Source of the DNA: an uncultured Simplicispira sp.
GTDB lineage: Bacteria > Pseudomonadota > Gammaproteobacteria > Burkholderiales > Burkholderiaceae_C
Direction: 5' to 3'
Length of the DNA stretch: 64,000 bases
Assembly (NCBI GenBank): GCA_964478155.1
Contig: CAYZGT010000001.1
Coordinates: 83,557 to 147,556, forward strand
In this document: piece by piece, positions 20,014 to 28,800 of the stretch
Layout of the letters: the number at the start of each line of letters is the position of its first letter
Position numbering within the stretch: the stretch's first letter is position 1
Made by a program: the position numbers and the translations under genes
The notes under the pieces: generated by a model
Told to the model about the DNA's origin: nothing
Databases searched by the model: none
Seen by the model: only the letters and a program-made list of their open reading frames with translations

Positions 20014-21003
20014 TTACAGCTCGAGGGAGCTGCGGAATGCCCGCGTGGCTTCCTTGGCCGAGGCCGCCGCATCGGCCACATCGGGCAATTGCTGACAGTA
20101 GGCATCAATGGCGCGGTCGGCCAGCGGTTCCCACTGGGCAATCCAGCCTTGGATCAGCTCGCGGTTGCCGGGGGTTTCCAGCGCCATTTTGGTAAACGCA
20201 CTGACCCAGCGGCGGTGGCGTGCCGCATCGATCAACTGGGCATCGGTGAGCAGGCCCAACAGGGTGTCACCGTTGTGGCGGGCCGATTCGCCCAGTGTGC
20301 GTAGCACACTTTCGGCAATCGCGGGTTTGGCGACTAGATTGAGCACCACGATGGCCTCGCCCCAGTCCCACACGGTCAGGGTTTTTTCCATCAGTTCACG
20401 AAACCCCTGCCATACTGGGTCTTGCTCCCAGTAGCGGCGCTCGTCGGTGCCCAAGCCCTTGTCGGTGAAGGTTTGTGACAGCTCTTTGGTGCGGTAGGCG
20501 GTGTGGCTGAGCCAGCGCAGGCTGTCGGCCATCTGAAAGTAATGGCAGTTGGTGATGGTGCTGGCTGGCGAGACTTGCCCCACATACGCCGAGGCCATTT
20601 GCACGGTATGGAACAGGTAGCGTGCCGGGGTGTAGAAGCGGGCCAGCGAACCCACCCAACGCGGGTCGAGTGCCCTGTCGTGTTCGCGTTGGTTGAATTG
20701 GTCAAACAGACTGAAAACGTAGGTTTCTTGGCCGTCTTGCATCAGGTTGTAGGTGCGGTAGACGACTTCATCGGGGTCACGAAAGGCATTCCAGTCGGCA
20801 TGTTGCAGCCGGGTACCGAAAGTGTTTTTCTTGTACCACTGGTTCATGAACATCTCGGGGGCCAGCTCATAGGGCGAGTCCGGGCGCTTGTCGTTGTAGT
20901 GCAGGTTGGCGCTGACGATTTCGTATTCGCTCGGTTTGCGCCGACGGGCAGCCAGGTGGCTCCAGGTTTTGAGCGGCTTGAGGACTTGGGGGGCTTCGGA
21001 CAT
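20014..21003 (-). CDS. tmoE: Toluene/benzene monooxygenase hydroxylase beta subunit
   Basis: LKPLKTWSHLA.RRRKPSEYE, DWNAFRDPD, WQGFREL. Confidence 0.95.
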   Translation of the reverse strand: MSEAPQVLKPLKTWSHLAARRRKPSEYEIVSANLHYNDKRPDSPYELAPEMFMNQWYKKNTFGTRLQHADWNAFRDPDEVVYRTYNLMQDGQETYVFSLFDQFNQREHDRALDPRWVGSLARFYTPARYLFHTVQMASAYVGQVSPASTITNCHYFQMADSLRWLSHTAYRTKELSQTFTDKGLGTDERRYWEQDPVWQGFRELMEKTLTVWDWGEAIVVLNLVAKPAIAESVLRTLGESARHNGDTLLGLLTDAQLIDAARHRRWVSAFTKMALETPGNRELIQGWIAQWEPLADRAIDAYCQQLPDVADAAASAKEATRAFRSSLEL

Positions 21004-21066
21004 GTGGTTTGTCTCCTGAATAGTTGTTGTTGTCGCTGGGGCCGGTACGGTGCCAGCCCCTGGGGT

Positions 21067-21381
21067 TCAGAGTTTTTTGGCGAAGTAAAAGCGCACCGCG
21101 TTGTCTTGGCTCTCAATCTGTCCGGCAAAGGAGCTCAGATCGACTTCCAGATCGTTCATCTTGAACGGGCGGCCCAGTTCTTCTTGGATGGTCTCTTGGC
21201 GCAGAATCATTTCTTGTTCGGCGTGGATGCGGATGTAGGCCCGCTTGTCTTCCACCATGATTTCTTTGCCGGGGTTGTCGATCTTGGCGGCTTCAATCAC
21301 GGCTTGGGCCAGATCGCCAGCGCGCATCACGGGGCCAACCATGTTGTTGTGGTAGGCCAGCCCTGTTGTGGATGTGCTCAT
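21067..21381 (-). CDS. tmoD: Monooxygenase effector protein (MmoB/DmpM family)
   Basis: True start ATG 21381 after AAGGAG; NNMVGPVMRAGD, DNPGKEI, LSSFAGQI. Confidence 0.93.
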   Translation of the reverse strand: MSTSTTGLAYHNNMVGPVMRAGDLAQAVIEAAKIDNPGKEIMVEDKRAYIRIHAEQEMILRQETIQEELGRPFKMNDLEVDLSSFAGQIESQDNAVRFYFAKKL

Positions 21382-21406
21382 TCTTGTCTCCTTGTGTGGG
21401 CGGGCA

Positions 21407-21742
21407 TCAGGTATGGGCAAACAGCGGTGTGATGCCATCGGTTTGCACCAGAATGTCATCGCCGTCGAGCTTGACGGGGTATTCGGCCAGCGCGCAATCG
21501 TCGGGGTTGATGCCCTTGCCCGTGCCCGCATCAAACTGCCACAGGTGGGCACGGCAGATGATCTTTTGGCCGTCGAAGCGGCCTTCGGCCAGCGAAATAT
21601 CTTGGTGCGGGCAAACGCCTTGGAAGGCTTTGATGCTGCCGCCATCAGCGCAGACCAGCAGGATGTCGTGCCCATTGACCGAGAACGACTCCATCTCTCC
21701 TTCCCAGATATCTTCAATCGTGCAAACCTTGGTAAAACTCAT
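21407..21742 (-). CDS. tmoC: Rieske ferredoxin
   Basis: CPHQ...CRAHLWQF; DIWEGEM. Confidence 0.94.
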   Translation of the reverse strand: MSFTKVCTIEDIWEGEMESFSVNGHDILLVCADGGSIKAFQGVCPHQDISLAEGRFDGQKIICRAHLWQFDAGTGKGINPDDCALAEYPVKLDGDDILVQTDGITPLFAHT

Positions 21743-21775
21743 GTTTCACTCCAATAGATAGCAGGAAACGCACCG

Positions 21776-22042
21776 TCAGGGACGGGCAGGTTCCCAGAGG
21801 ATTTCGATGGTTTCGGTGGGCTTCAGGCCCGATTCGCACACCTTCATGGTGCGGGGTAAAAAGCTGTCGGCCCCTTGCGGACGCACGCGCAAGATGCAAT
21901 CGGGCCGCGCCCGCACGCGCCGGCCTACCGAATGCACGGCGGCGGCAGCGGCCACCTCGTCCATGGTGTTTTCGGTATCGACGGCTACCAGTTGGAGCAC
22001 GAAGTCGCCCTCAAAGTTGGAGGTCAGTGGAAATAACGCCAT
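21776..22042 (-). CDS. tmoB: Monooxygenase hydroxylase gamma subunit
   Basis: ALFPL..FEGDFVLQLV.VD..TMDEVA..A.HSVGRRV. Confidence 0.93.
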   Translation of the reverse strand: MALFPLTSNFEGDFVLQLVAVDTENTMDEVAAAAAVHSVGRRVRARPDCILRVRPQGADSFLPRTMKVCESGLKPTETIEILWEPARP

Positions 22043-22128
22043 TGGTTTTGTCTCCTAATAGGCAGCGGGCAGACATAAGCAATCCGCCACCAGTTGTTGG
22101 TGTGTTTTTTTGGGGTGAGGGCTTGCGC

Positions 22129-23634
22129 TCAGGCGGTTTTTTTGTTGGCCCGCAGTGCGCGGTACACCTCGGCCCAGGCGTAGTGGTGGGCATCGTCGCC
22201 CATCTCGCCCGGAGCCAAGTTCATGTAGGCCAGTGCGCCTTCGAGGTTCATGGGCTGGATCATGCCGGTCAAGAAGCGGTCAACGATGCTCAGGTGCCCG
22301 GCATAGCGTTCAGGTTCTTGTTGGAACACCCAGCGATCCACTTCAGAGCCAAAGTGGTAGAGGCGGCCGTTGTATTCCAGCGGGTAGTCTTTGACATTCC
22401 AGCCCTTGCCCGGTGTGCCTAGAATGGGCAGTTGGCACATATTGCAAACGTAGGGCAGGGTTTCGGGGTAGGTCATGGCCATGTTGCCATCGACCACGTT
22501 GTCGATAAACACATCCCAGCATTGGCCCCAAGTGTCGTTCCAGCCGGGGTATTTTTCTTCCAGCCAAGCGCGCTCGTCGGGGGTCACGCCTGCGGCGGGG
22601 TTCCACCACAGCGTAGGCCGCCAGAAGTAAGAACCCAAGTGCATACCGTGGTGGGTTTGGCTGATGTCGTTCAGGAAGATGTCCCAGTACCACGGCAGAT
22701 CGAGGCCCATGTCGGTCAAGGCGCGCTCAAACTGCGCCACGATCCACTCCTCCATAAATTCCTTGAAGGATTGCTTGCGGTGTTCCAGCGGCGTGTAGTA
22801 GTCCATGATCGGGCCGGTCAGCACCGAGAACAGTTTCCAGGCCCCCCAGACGGCAATATCCACGCGCTTTTGGGCTTCGGCTTTTTGGCCGTTTTCGATC
22901 AGCACCTTCAGGGCTGGCCCCCCGATTTGGGCATGGCGCGATTCATCGGTCTGGATGCTGGAGATGAGGTTGGCAAAGGTGTGGTCGCCCGCTTCGGCAG
23001 CATCGGCGGCCAAACCGAGAAACTGCATATTGGTAAAGCCGGTCTCAAAGCTGAAGGTCAGCATGATGGAGACGCTGATGGCGTCGCGCGTCATCATGAT
23101 GTCGTCAAAGAAGTGGCGTGCGGCAATCATCGCCCATTCGTTGGTGTCGTAGGCTTTGAAGGCCCAGTCCATCTGGCGGTCTTTGGACACATGCTCGTGC
23201 GGGAAGTAGAGCTGCATCTGGCCGTGGCGGATTTCATCCATGCAGCCCAGCGTGGCCATGTTGCGCATACCAGGGGCTTTGGAAAAGCGCATCATGCGGG
23301 CTTCGGCGCTGGCAGCAGCATATTCGCCCCGGGCAATGGCACCGTAGTGGGCTTTCATCACCGATTTCCAGCCCGGATCGGCATTTTCAAAAATCCGGCT
23401 GCGCTCCAGCGCCGCCTTGACCGAGTAAGCGCCCGCGTCTTTATCGCGCTGCACTTTGACGTATTCGGGGTAGGTTTGCTTGTAGGGTTCGTCGTATTTT
23501 TCCCAGGCGTTCTGGGGCAGACCAAAGTCGCCCGAAAGCTTGGGGGGGAACAGTTCGTCCTCGGTTACATACGACGGGGTCCAGTTGGTGGTTCTGGCCA
23601 GGTCGTACCAATCCATTCTGTTGAGCACAGCCAT
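22129..23634 (-). CDS. tmoA: Toluene/benzene monooxygenase hydroxylase alpha subunit
   Basis: Start ATG 23634 after AAGGAG; diiron ligands E104, DE134IRH137, E197, DE231SRH234; DWYDLARTTNW. Confidence 0.97.
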   Translation of the reverse strand: MAVLNRMDWYDLARTTNWTPSYVTEDELFPPKLSGDFGLPQNAWEKYDEPYKQTYPEYVKVQRDKDAGAYSVKAALERSRIFENADPGWKSVMKAHYGAIARGEYAAASAEARMMRFSKAPGMRNMATLGCMDEIRHGQMQLYFPHEHVSKDRQMDWAFKAYDTNEWAMIAARHFFDDIMMTRDAISVSIMLTFSFETGFTNMQFLGLAADAAEAGDHTFANLISSIQTDESRHAQIGGPALKVLIENGQKAEAQKRVDIAVWGAWKLFSVLTGPIMDYYTPLEHRKQSFKEFMEEWIVAQFERALTDMGLDLPWYWDIFLNDISQTHHGMHLGSYFWRPTLWWNPAAGVTPDERAWLEEKYPGWNDTWGQCWDVFIDNVVDGNMAMTYPETLPYVCNMCQLPILGTPGKGWNVKDYPLEYNGRLYHFGSEVDRWVFQQEPERYAGHLSIVDRFLTGMIQPMNLEGALAYMNLAPGEMGDDAHHYAWAEVYRALRANKKTA

Positions 23635-23771
23635 TGTTGTCTCCTTCCTTATAAGACTTGAGGGCAGTGAGGCCCCCAAAGTGCGGCGGATCGTTGCCGC
23701 CCCTGTACGGCTGCCGGAATGGCATGCCTTACATGGGTGTCGAAGTTAAACGCAATGGCTGATCTGGGAAA

Positions 23772-23787
23772 TTAGACTTTGGTTTAG
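23772..23787 (-). promoter_or_regulatory. Candidate TodT/StyR-type binding box upstream of tmoA
   Basis: CTAAACCAAAGTCTAA on the minus strand; 11/16 to the recalled ATAAACCATGGTTTAT box. Confidence 0.45.
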
Positions 23788-24140
23788 AGAAGCTCCCCCA
23801 GTGTGAAATTTGCACCGGGACGTTTTGTTGGCGACCCATGCCTTTGGGATAGGCATTAGCCTGTAAGGAAACAAGAATTTCAGATTCGATCAACTGCGCA
23901 TACGCGACAGCATCTCGGGCACAACGAGGTGCTCTATGGTTCGCAAACACTGTAGTTCACCCGTCAACTGTACGTAGGTCGAGATTGGGTAATGCGTGTT
24001 TTCGCTCTCAATTTCTGGGGTCGGTTCAAACCTGGGGCGATTCACTCGCGGTTGGTGACGGTGCCCTCGCGGGTGCGTCCACACATCTATCGTTGATCAC
24101 TGCCTCAGTCGACAACGCTTCGTCAAAGCACACGCGGCGG

Positions 24141-24617
24141 TCAGTCGTGGTCATCGGTACCACAGTTCCCACACATGCCACGCAGTGTCACTACAGCCTC
24201 TTGCGTTTCTAGGCCTTTGCGTCTGAGGGATTTGCTCAGGCGATCCAGAACAGCTGGCAGTTCAGGGTCTGGCACCAATGGCACGACCTTGTGGCAGCGT
24301 GAGCATTCGAAGATGTGGCCGGACCCGTTGGCATGGAGGGCAAACCGCGTGCGACGATCGGCACCTGTGAAGGTATCGCACAAATGGACCTCAGCCAGTC
24401 GCTCCAGTACGCGGTACAGCGTCACTCGATCCAGAGCCGCATCTGCCTGCGCTGAGAGCGCCCCCTGGATCTCTTCGTGGGTCATCGGTGAAGAGGACGT
24501 AGCCAAGAGGCGCAGTACCCGGATGGTAGCCGTAGTCGCACGCAAGCCATGTTTGTGCAGCACGTTAGGCCAGTCATCAGAATGTGAAACACCCGAAGCG
24601 GGCGCGGAATGGGGCAT
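24141..24617 (-). CDS. Fur-family regulator (Zur-like)
   Basis: GLRAT, DRVTLYRVLERL, HIFECSRC, CGNC. Confidence 0.88.
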   Translation of the reverse strand: MPHSAPASGVSHSDDWPNVLHKHGLRATTATIRVLRLLATSSSPMTHEEIQGALSAQADAALDRVTLYRVLERLAEVHLCDTFTGADRRTRFALHANGSGHIFECSRCHKVVPLVPDPELPAVLDRLSKSLRRKGLETQEAVVTLRGMCGNCGTDDHD

Positions 24618-24650
24618 AGGAAGAAACCGGAGAGAGGTGCGTGTTGCTGG

Positions 24651-24779
24651 TCAGGCTCGTGCGAATGGGCCGTGGTCGTCGTACAGGTAATGGACGTGGC
24701 CCTCGTGAACCACGGCGGTGTGGCCGCATCTTGGTTCATGCTGATGATGTTGATGGCAGGGTCGGTTGCATGCGGTCAT
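24651..24779 (-). CDS. His/Cys-rich microprotein, 42 aa (possibly truncated)
   Basis: MTACNRPCHQHHQHEPRCGHTAVVHEGHVHYLYDDHGPFARA*; GGAG RBS; below the ORF-track cut-off. Confidence 0.6.
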   Translation of the reverse strand: MTACNRPCHQHHQHEPRCGHTAVVHEGHVHYLYDDHGPFARA

Positions 24780-24812
24780 AACAATCTCCAGAGGGCAGGG
24801 CGCTTGCAGAAA

Positions 24813-25141
24813 TTATGTGGGCTCAACCGAATGGGTGAGGATGTTGTGCCGCAGGGCCCGTACATGCTCGTCGGCCAGGGGGTAGAAGATGTGCTTGGTA
24901 TCTCGTCGGCGCGTGACCAACCGTGCAGCATGCAGGGTTTGCAGGCGAGCTGAAATGCTGCTGAGCTTGGCCTGCTCGTACTTGATAAGCTCGGATACGC
25001 AGCGCCTCCTCCTCGGCAAGCCACAGGAGCAACCGAAGCCATGACGGATGGTTCAGTGCGCCACAGAGCATGGCAGTGGCATCGAGTTAAGTTGCAGTGG
25101 CCGTCAATGTTGTGCGCGTGGCTTGTTAGCCGTACGCGCAT
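24813..25141 (-). pseudogene. ArsR/SmtB-family regulator pseudogene (frameshifted)
   Basis: ALNHPSWLRLLLWLAEEE in one frame continues as CVSELI...SSISARLQTLHAARLVTRRRDTKHIFYPLADEHV in another. Confidence 0.8.
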
Positions 25142-25450
25142 GGTGGATAAGGTAGATTTTTGGATGGGGGCATTTTAATCAATGATTCTTTGGAGTGATA
25201 AACGAATTCGCCTTCGCTGCCTTGTCCTTGGGGGCTATTTTTGAGTGGATCCGCCGCTTGCGGTTGCGCTAACCGAAACTCCGAGGAAAATGGCCGAAAC
25301 GTTCGCCGCCGTAGTCGTTGTGTTGCCGATTGTGGCCATGACATGGTGCGGGTTATAGCGTTTGTTTCCCGTCATGGCAGCCCACAGGATTCTGCACACC
25401 CTCGCCCCACGTTGCTTGTACTACTGTGGGGGACGACCGTTGAAGCTGCC

Positions 25451-25759
25451 TCAGAATTTCTCTGAACGTAGCACCGATACCTCGCTGAGGTAGCAGACCA
25501 TCGCATAACTGGCGAAGTAGCTGGTTTGCAGATGCACTGCAATTGAGTCAGCCACCACTGCATCGCACAGAATGTCGATCCGCACATTACCGCTCATCGG
25601 CCAGTAACCATCTCGCTCTCCATGCTGGCCCCAGCCACGCGCCTCGCTCGCGGTATAACCATGGGCACCCAAGCGCTTGGCATCGGTGACCACACTTGCC
25701 TCGATCGATGCTTCGCAGACAACGGTAAGCAGGGTACGACGGGTGTAACTAGCAGTCAT
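25451..25759 (-). CDS. P-II-like protein, SbtB-type
   Basis: LLTVVCE, LGAHGYT..EARG.G, NVRI, C-terminal VLRSEKF; coupled to the sbtA-like gene. Confidence 0.85.
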   Translation of the reverse strand: MTASYTRRTLLTVVCEASIEASVVTDAKRLGAHGYTASEARGWGQHGERDGYWPMSGNVRIDILCDAVVADSIAVHLQTSYFASYAMVCYLSEVSVLRSEKF

Positions 25760-26700
25760 CAGATCACTCCTTCAAGCTGGCTGGCCAGCCAGTGGTAGGT
25801 GGGAATCCCGATCACGATGTTAAACGGGAAGGTGATGCCAAGTGCGGCACCAATCGAGAGTGCAGGATTGGCCTCCGGAACGGCAATACGCATGGTGGCC
25901 GGCGCTGCAATATAGGAGGCACTGGCGTACAAGGTGGCCAATAAAGTCGCCCCCCCGACCGACAACCCAAGCAGACTTCCCGTCAGCGCACCGAGCATGC
26001 CCGCGGATACCGGCATTGCAATTGCAAACCCGACCAAGAAGGCACCCGCCCGCTTCAAATCCCCAATTCGGCTTGCTGCGACCAAGCCCATTTCTAGGAG
26101 GAAAATGGCAAGCAGGCCTTTAAACAGATCGAAGAAGACCTTGTCCAGCGGTTTCAGGCCTTCCGCCTCTGCTATCCAGCCGATAAAGAGGCCGCCAACC
26201 AGCAGCACGATGCTCTTGCCAGCAAAAACCTCATGCAGCACCTTGCCCATATTCGAACTACCCTGTCCGCGCTTGGCCAGCCAGACACCGATCATCAGGG
26301 CCGGGAACTCCAAGAGAACCAAGAATACGACCATATAGCCCTCATATGCTTGGTGGAGGTTGGTTAGATAGGTTGCCGCCACGGCAAAGGTCACAACACT
26401 CACCGAGCCGTAATGCGCCGCCACCGAGGCAGCATCTGCCCGGGACAACTTGCCCAGACGGTGCAGGATTGGAAAGGCGATGAACGGCAAGCAGGCACCA
26501 ATCCCAACCACAACGAGCGCTGGCAAGATCAGATCTCCCAATGACTGGCGTGCCAGTTCGACACCACCTTTCAGGCCAATTGCGAGCAATAAGAAAATGC
26601 TCAGGGATTCATAGAGGACGGCCGGGATTTTCAGATCGGAGCGGGCGAGTCCGGCCGCCAGACCGAGTAGGAAGAAGAGAATGACGGGTTCAAAAGGCAT
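25759..26700 (-). CDS. Sodium-dependent bicarbonate transporter family permease (SbtA-like)
   Basis: SDLKIP, IGLKGG, AHYGSVSVVTF, FLLEMG, ASASYIAAPA, TFPFN. Confidence 0.9.
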   Translation of the reverse strand: MPFEPVILFFLLGLAAGLARSDLKIPAVLYESLSIFLLLAIGLKGGVELARQSLGDLILPALVVVGIGACLPFIAFPILHRLGKLSRADAASVAAHYGSVSVVTFAVAATYLTNLHQAYEGYMVVFLVLLEFPALMIGVWLAKRGQGSSNMGKVLHEVFAGKSIVLLVGGLFIGWIAEAEGLKPLDKVFFDLFKGLLAIFLLEMGLVAASRIGDLKRAGAFLVGFAIAMPVSAGMLGALTGSLLGLSVGGATLLATLYASASYIAAPATMRIAVPEANPALSIGAALGITFPFNIVIGIPTYHWLASQLEGVI

Positions 26701-26798
26701 TGCAGGCCCTATTCGAATTTCAGTGGGGCGGACTATCCCATTCCTGAATCATTAAATCCAATTAAAGTAAATAGCAATAACCATATATAAAAACTTAT

Positions 26799-27692
26799 AT
26801 GCCGCGCCGACACCTGACCTTCCGCCAGCTTGAAACCTTTACCACGGTTGCCCGGCTGGGCAATTTCACCCGCGCTGCCGAGGCTCTGCATCTGACCCAA
26901 CCCGCCGTCTCCATCCAGATCCGCCAGATTGCTGATGTAGTCGGCTTGCCGCTCTTTGAACAAGTGGGACGCGAGGTTCGGCTTACCGCCGCCGGTCAGG
27001 AGCTACTACAAACGGCGCGCGAACTGGACGATAGTTGGAACCGTTTTGAGTCAGCAGTCGATGCCTTGAAAGGGCTTAAGAAGGGGCGGCTGCGCGTGGC
27101 ACTGGTCACGACCGCCAAATATTTCCTGCCGCGCATGCTTGGTACCTTCTGCCGCCGTTACCCGGACATCGAGATCGAACTGGAAGTTGCCAACCGTGCC
27201 CGTATCGTTGAACGCTTGCGCGCCAATGAGGACGACCTCTACATCATGTCCTTCCCGCCGGAAGAACTTGATGTCATCGCCACCCCCTTCCTTGACAACC
27301 CGCTGGTTGTGGTTGCGCCGATAGACTATCCGCTGCCTGATCGCCCCCTCAGTCTGGCCGATCTTGCACCCTACCCCTTCCTGATGCGAGAAACCGGCTC
27401 TGGCACGCGCAAGGCCATTGACCGTCATCTCGCCAAGAGTGCCCATGCGCTGAATATCAAATTAGCCTTGGGCAGCAACGAAGCCATCCGCGACTTGGTC
27501 GCCACCGGTATGGGCCTAGCCATCCTTTCCCGCCATGTCCTCGGCGAGCATCCGGAACAGGACGGCCTGCGTATCCTCAATGTCAGCGGCTTTCCCCTGC
27601 AGCAACCGTGGTCTGTGGTTCACCTACGCCAGAAAATCCTCTCCCTTCCGGCCCGTGCTTTCATGGATCAACTGAAATCCGCTGTGGAATAG
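26799..27692 (+). CDS. LysR-family regulator, CbbR/CmpR-like
   Basis: TFRQL, HLTQPAVSIQ, TTAKYFLP, REtGSGTR, LGSNEAI; divergent from sbtA; ATATAA-N4-TTATAT palindrome at 26785-26800. Confidence 0.9.
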   Translation: MPRRHLTFRQLETFTTVARLGNFTRAAEALHLTQPAVSIQIRQIADVVGLPLFEQVGREVRLTAAGQELLQTARELDDSWNRFESAVDALKGLKKGRLRVALVTTAKYFLPRMLGTFCRRYPDIEIELEVANRARIVERLRANEDDLYIMSFPPEELDVIATPFLDNPLVVVAPIDYPLPDRPLSLADLAPYPFLMRETGSGTRKAIDRHLAKSAHALNIKLALGSNEAIRDLVATGMGLAILSRHVLGEHPEQDGLRILNVSGFPLQQPWSVVHLRQKILSLPARAFMDQLKSAVE

Positions 27693-27790
27693 GGGGGTAT
27701 TCTTGTGCGCTATTGGGCACTGCGGTTACGTCACTTAACTTGGCATCCTCACACAAAATTCCACACACCCTGAGCCCTTGTAGTGCTTTA

Positions 27791-28242
27791 TTAATGGAGA
27801 GTAAGTGGATATTTCTCGACGCTCGCTGCTTTCAAGTGATACCCGCTGACACCTAGGTCCCAGGTTGCGCGGTCCACTTGCCCGCACCGTGCTCATCGTC
27901 CGAATGTCTTTCGCGGGTGACTCCAGACGCACAAAAATGATCTGGCTGGAGGCGGTGGCGTATGGAGGCACGCGCCAAAGTAGGGCACAAGCAGGAGCTC
28001 GCGAATGCCGCTTAGGCTCGATTCCAGAGGGACGATGTAGCCCATGGTGCGCACGTGGATCAGAGTCAGGCAGCCTCGTGAACGAGCCGAGGCCGCGGAG
28101 GGACTGCGCTGGATTCCATCCCGATGGGACCAACTGATGCCAGGCGATGTCTTGATATATGGCAGAGCCCGAGCGTGTGTTGACCAAACGAGGTTGCCAT
28201 GTTGGATTGCGAGACAACACCTTGTGTGTGGAGGATGCTCAT
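27791..28242 (-). pseudogene. Degenerate tandem copy of the DUF3299 gene
   Basis: Fragments DIAWHQLVPSGWNP, LPDSDP, GYIVPLE, LLVPYFGACLHTPPPPA, DLGVSGYHLKAASVEKY in shifting frames, matching the intact neighbour. Confidence 0.85.
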
Positions 28243-28796
28243 TTGTCGCGGTATTTTTCCACACGGACGGCTTGCAGGCTGTAGCCGCTCGCGCCAAGTT
28301 CGGACTTGCCGCGCTCCAATCCCATGGTGCCGCTGACCCACACTGCGCTCATGGACTGGAACCCACGCACTGGCGGGTTTGCGCGCACGTGGATGATCTG
28401 ATTGGCGGGTGGTGGTGGGGTATGGATGCAGGCTCCAAAATAGGGAACCAAGAGAAATTCCCGCAAGCCTTTATCGCTACCCTCCAGAGGTACGATGAAG
28501 CCGGGTATCTTTACCGCGCGGCCCTGCATGGACGGTACCGTGGGGGCCTCGTCCCAGACTTTGCGCATACGGTCATACAGCGTCTGCACACGCGGATCGG
28601 TATCCGGCAGAGATCCTAGCTTCTGCAGATCGGCGAACGACTTCATGGGATCCCAGCCGGCAGGCACCAAAGTGTTCCAGGCGATCTCTTTGAAGGGCTC
28701 CGCCCACACCCCCTGTGCAGCCGCCAAGCAGCTGACCGCAACGCCAACTTTCAGCAGGCATCGGCGGGGCCATGTGGAATGTGATGTGTGTGCCAT
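28239..28796 (-). CDS. DUF3299 protein (ZrgD-like)
   Basis: PGFIVPLE, FLLVPYFGACIHTPPPPANQII; start ATG 28796. Confidence 0.9.
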   Translation of the reverse strand: MAHTSHSTWPRRCLLKVGVAVSCLAAAQGVWAEPFKEIAWNTLVPAGWDPMKSFADLQKLGSLPDTDPRVQTLYDRMRKVWDEAPTVPSMQGRAVKIPGFIVPLEGSDKGLREFLLVPYFGACIHTPPPPANQIIHVRANPPVRGFQSMSAVWVSGTMGLERGKSELGASGYSLQAVRVEKYRDK

Positions 28797-28800
28797 GGGC

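Noticed and set aside
21067..21717. 216-aa ORF suggesting an extended TmoD
   Set aside because: The extension overlaps tmoC in another frame; the real start with RBS is at 21381.
22432..23661. Long antisense ORFs (409 aa here; also 32093-33112, 34552-35829, 37911-39152, 46296-47264)
   Set aside because: Shadow frames opposite well-supported genes in GC-rich DNA; no motifs.
23800..24140. Short ORFs between the tmoA promoter and the fur gene
   Set aside because: No recognisable family in any frame; probably junction DNA.
25142..25450. Short ORFs and a weak palindrome between sbtB and the arsR pseudogene
   Set aside because: No recognisable motif; the dyad symmetry is too weak to call.
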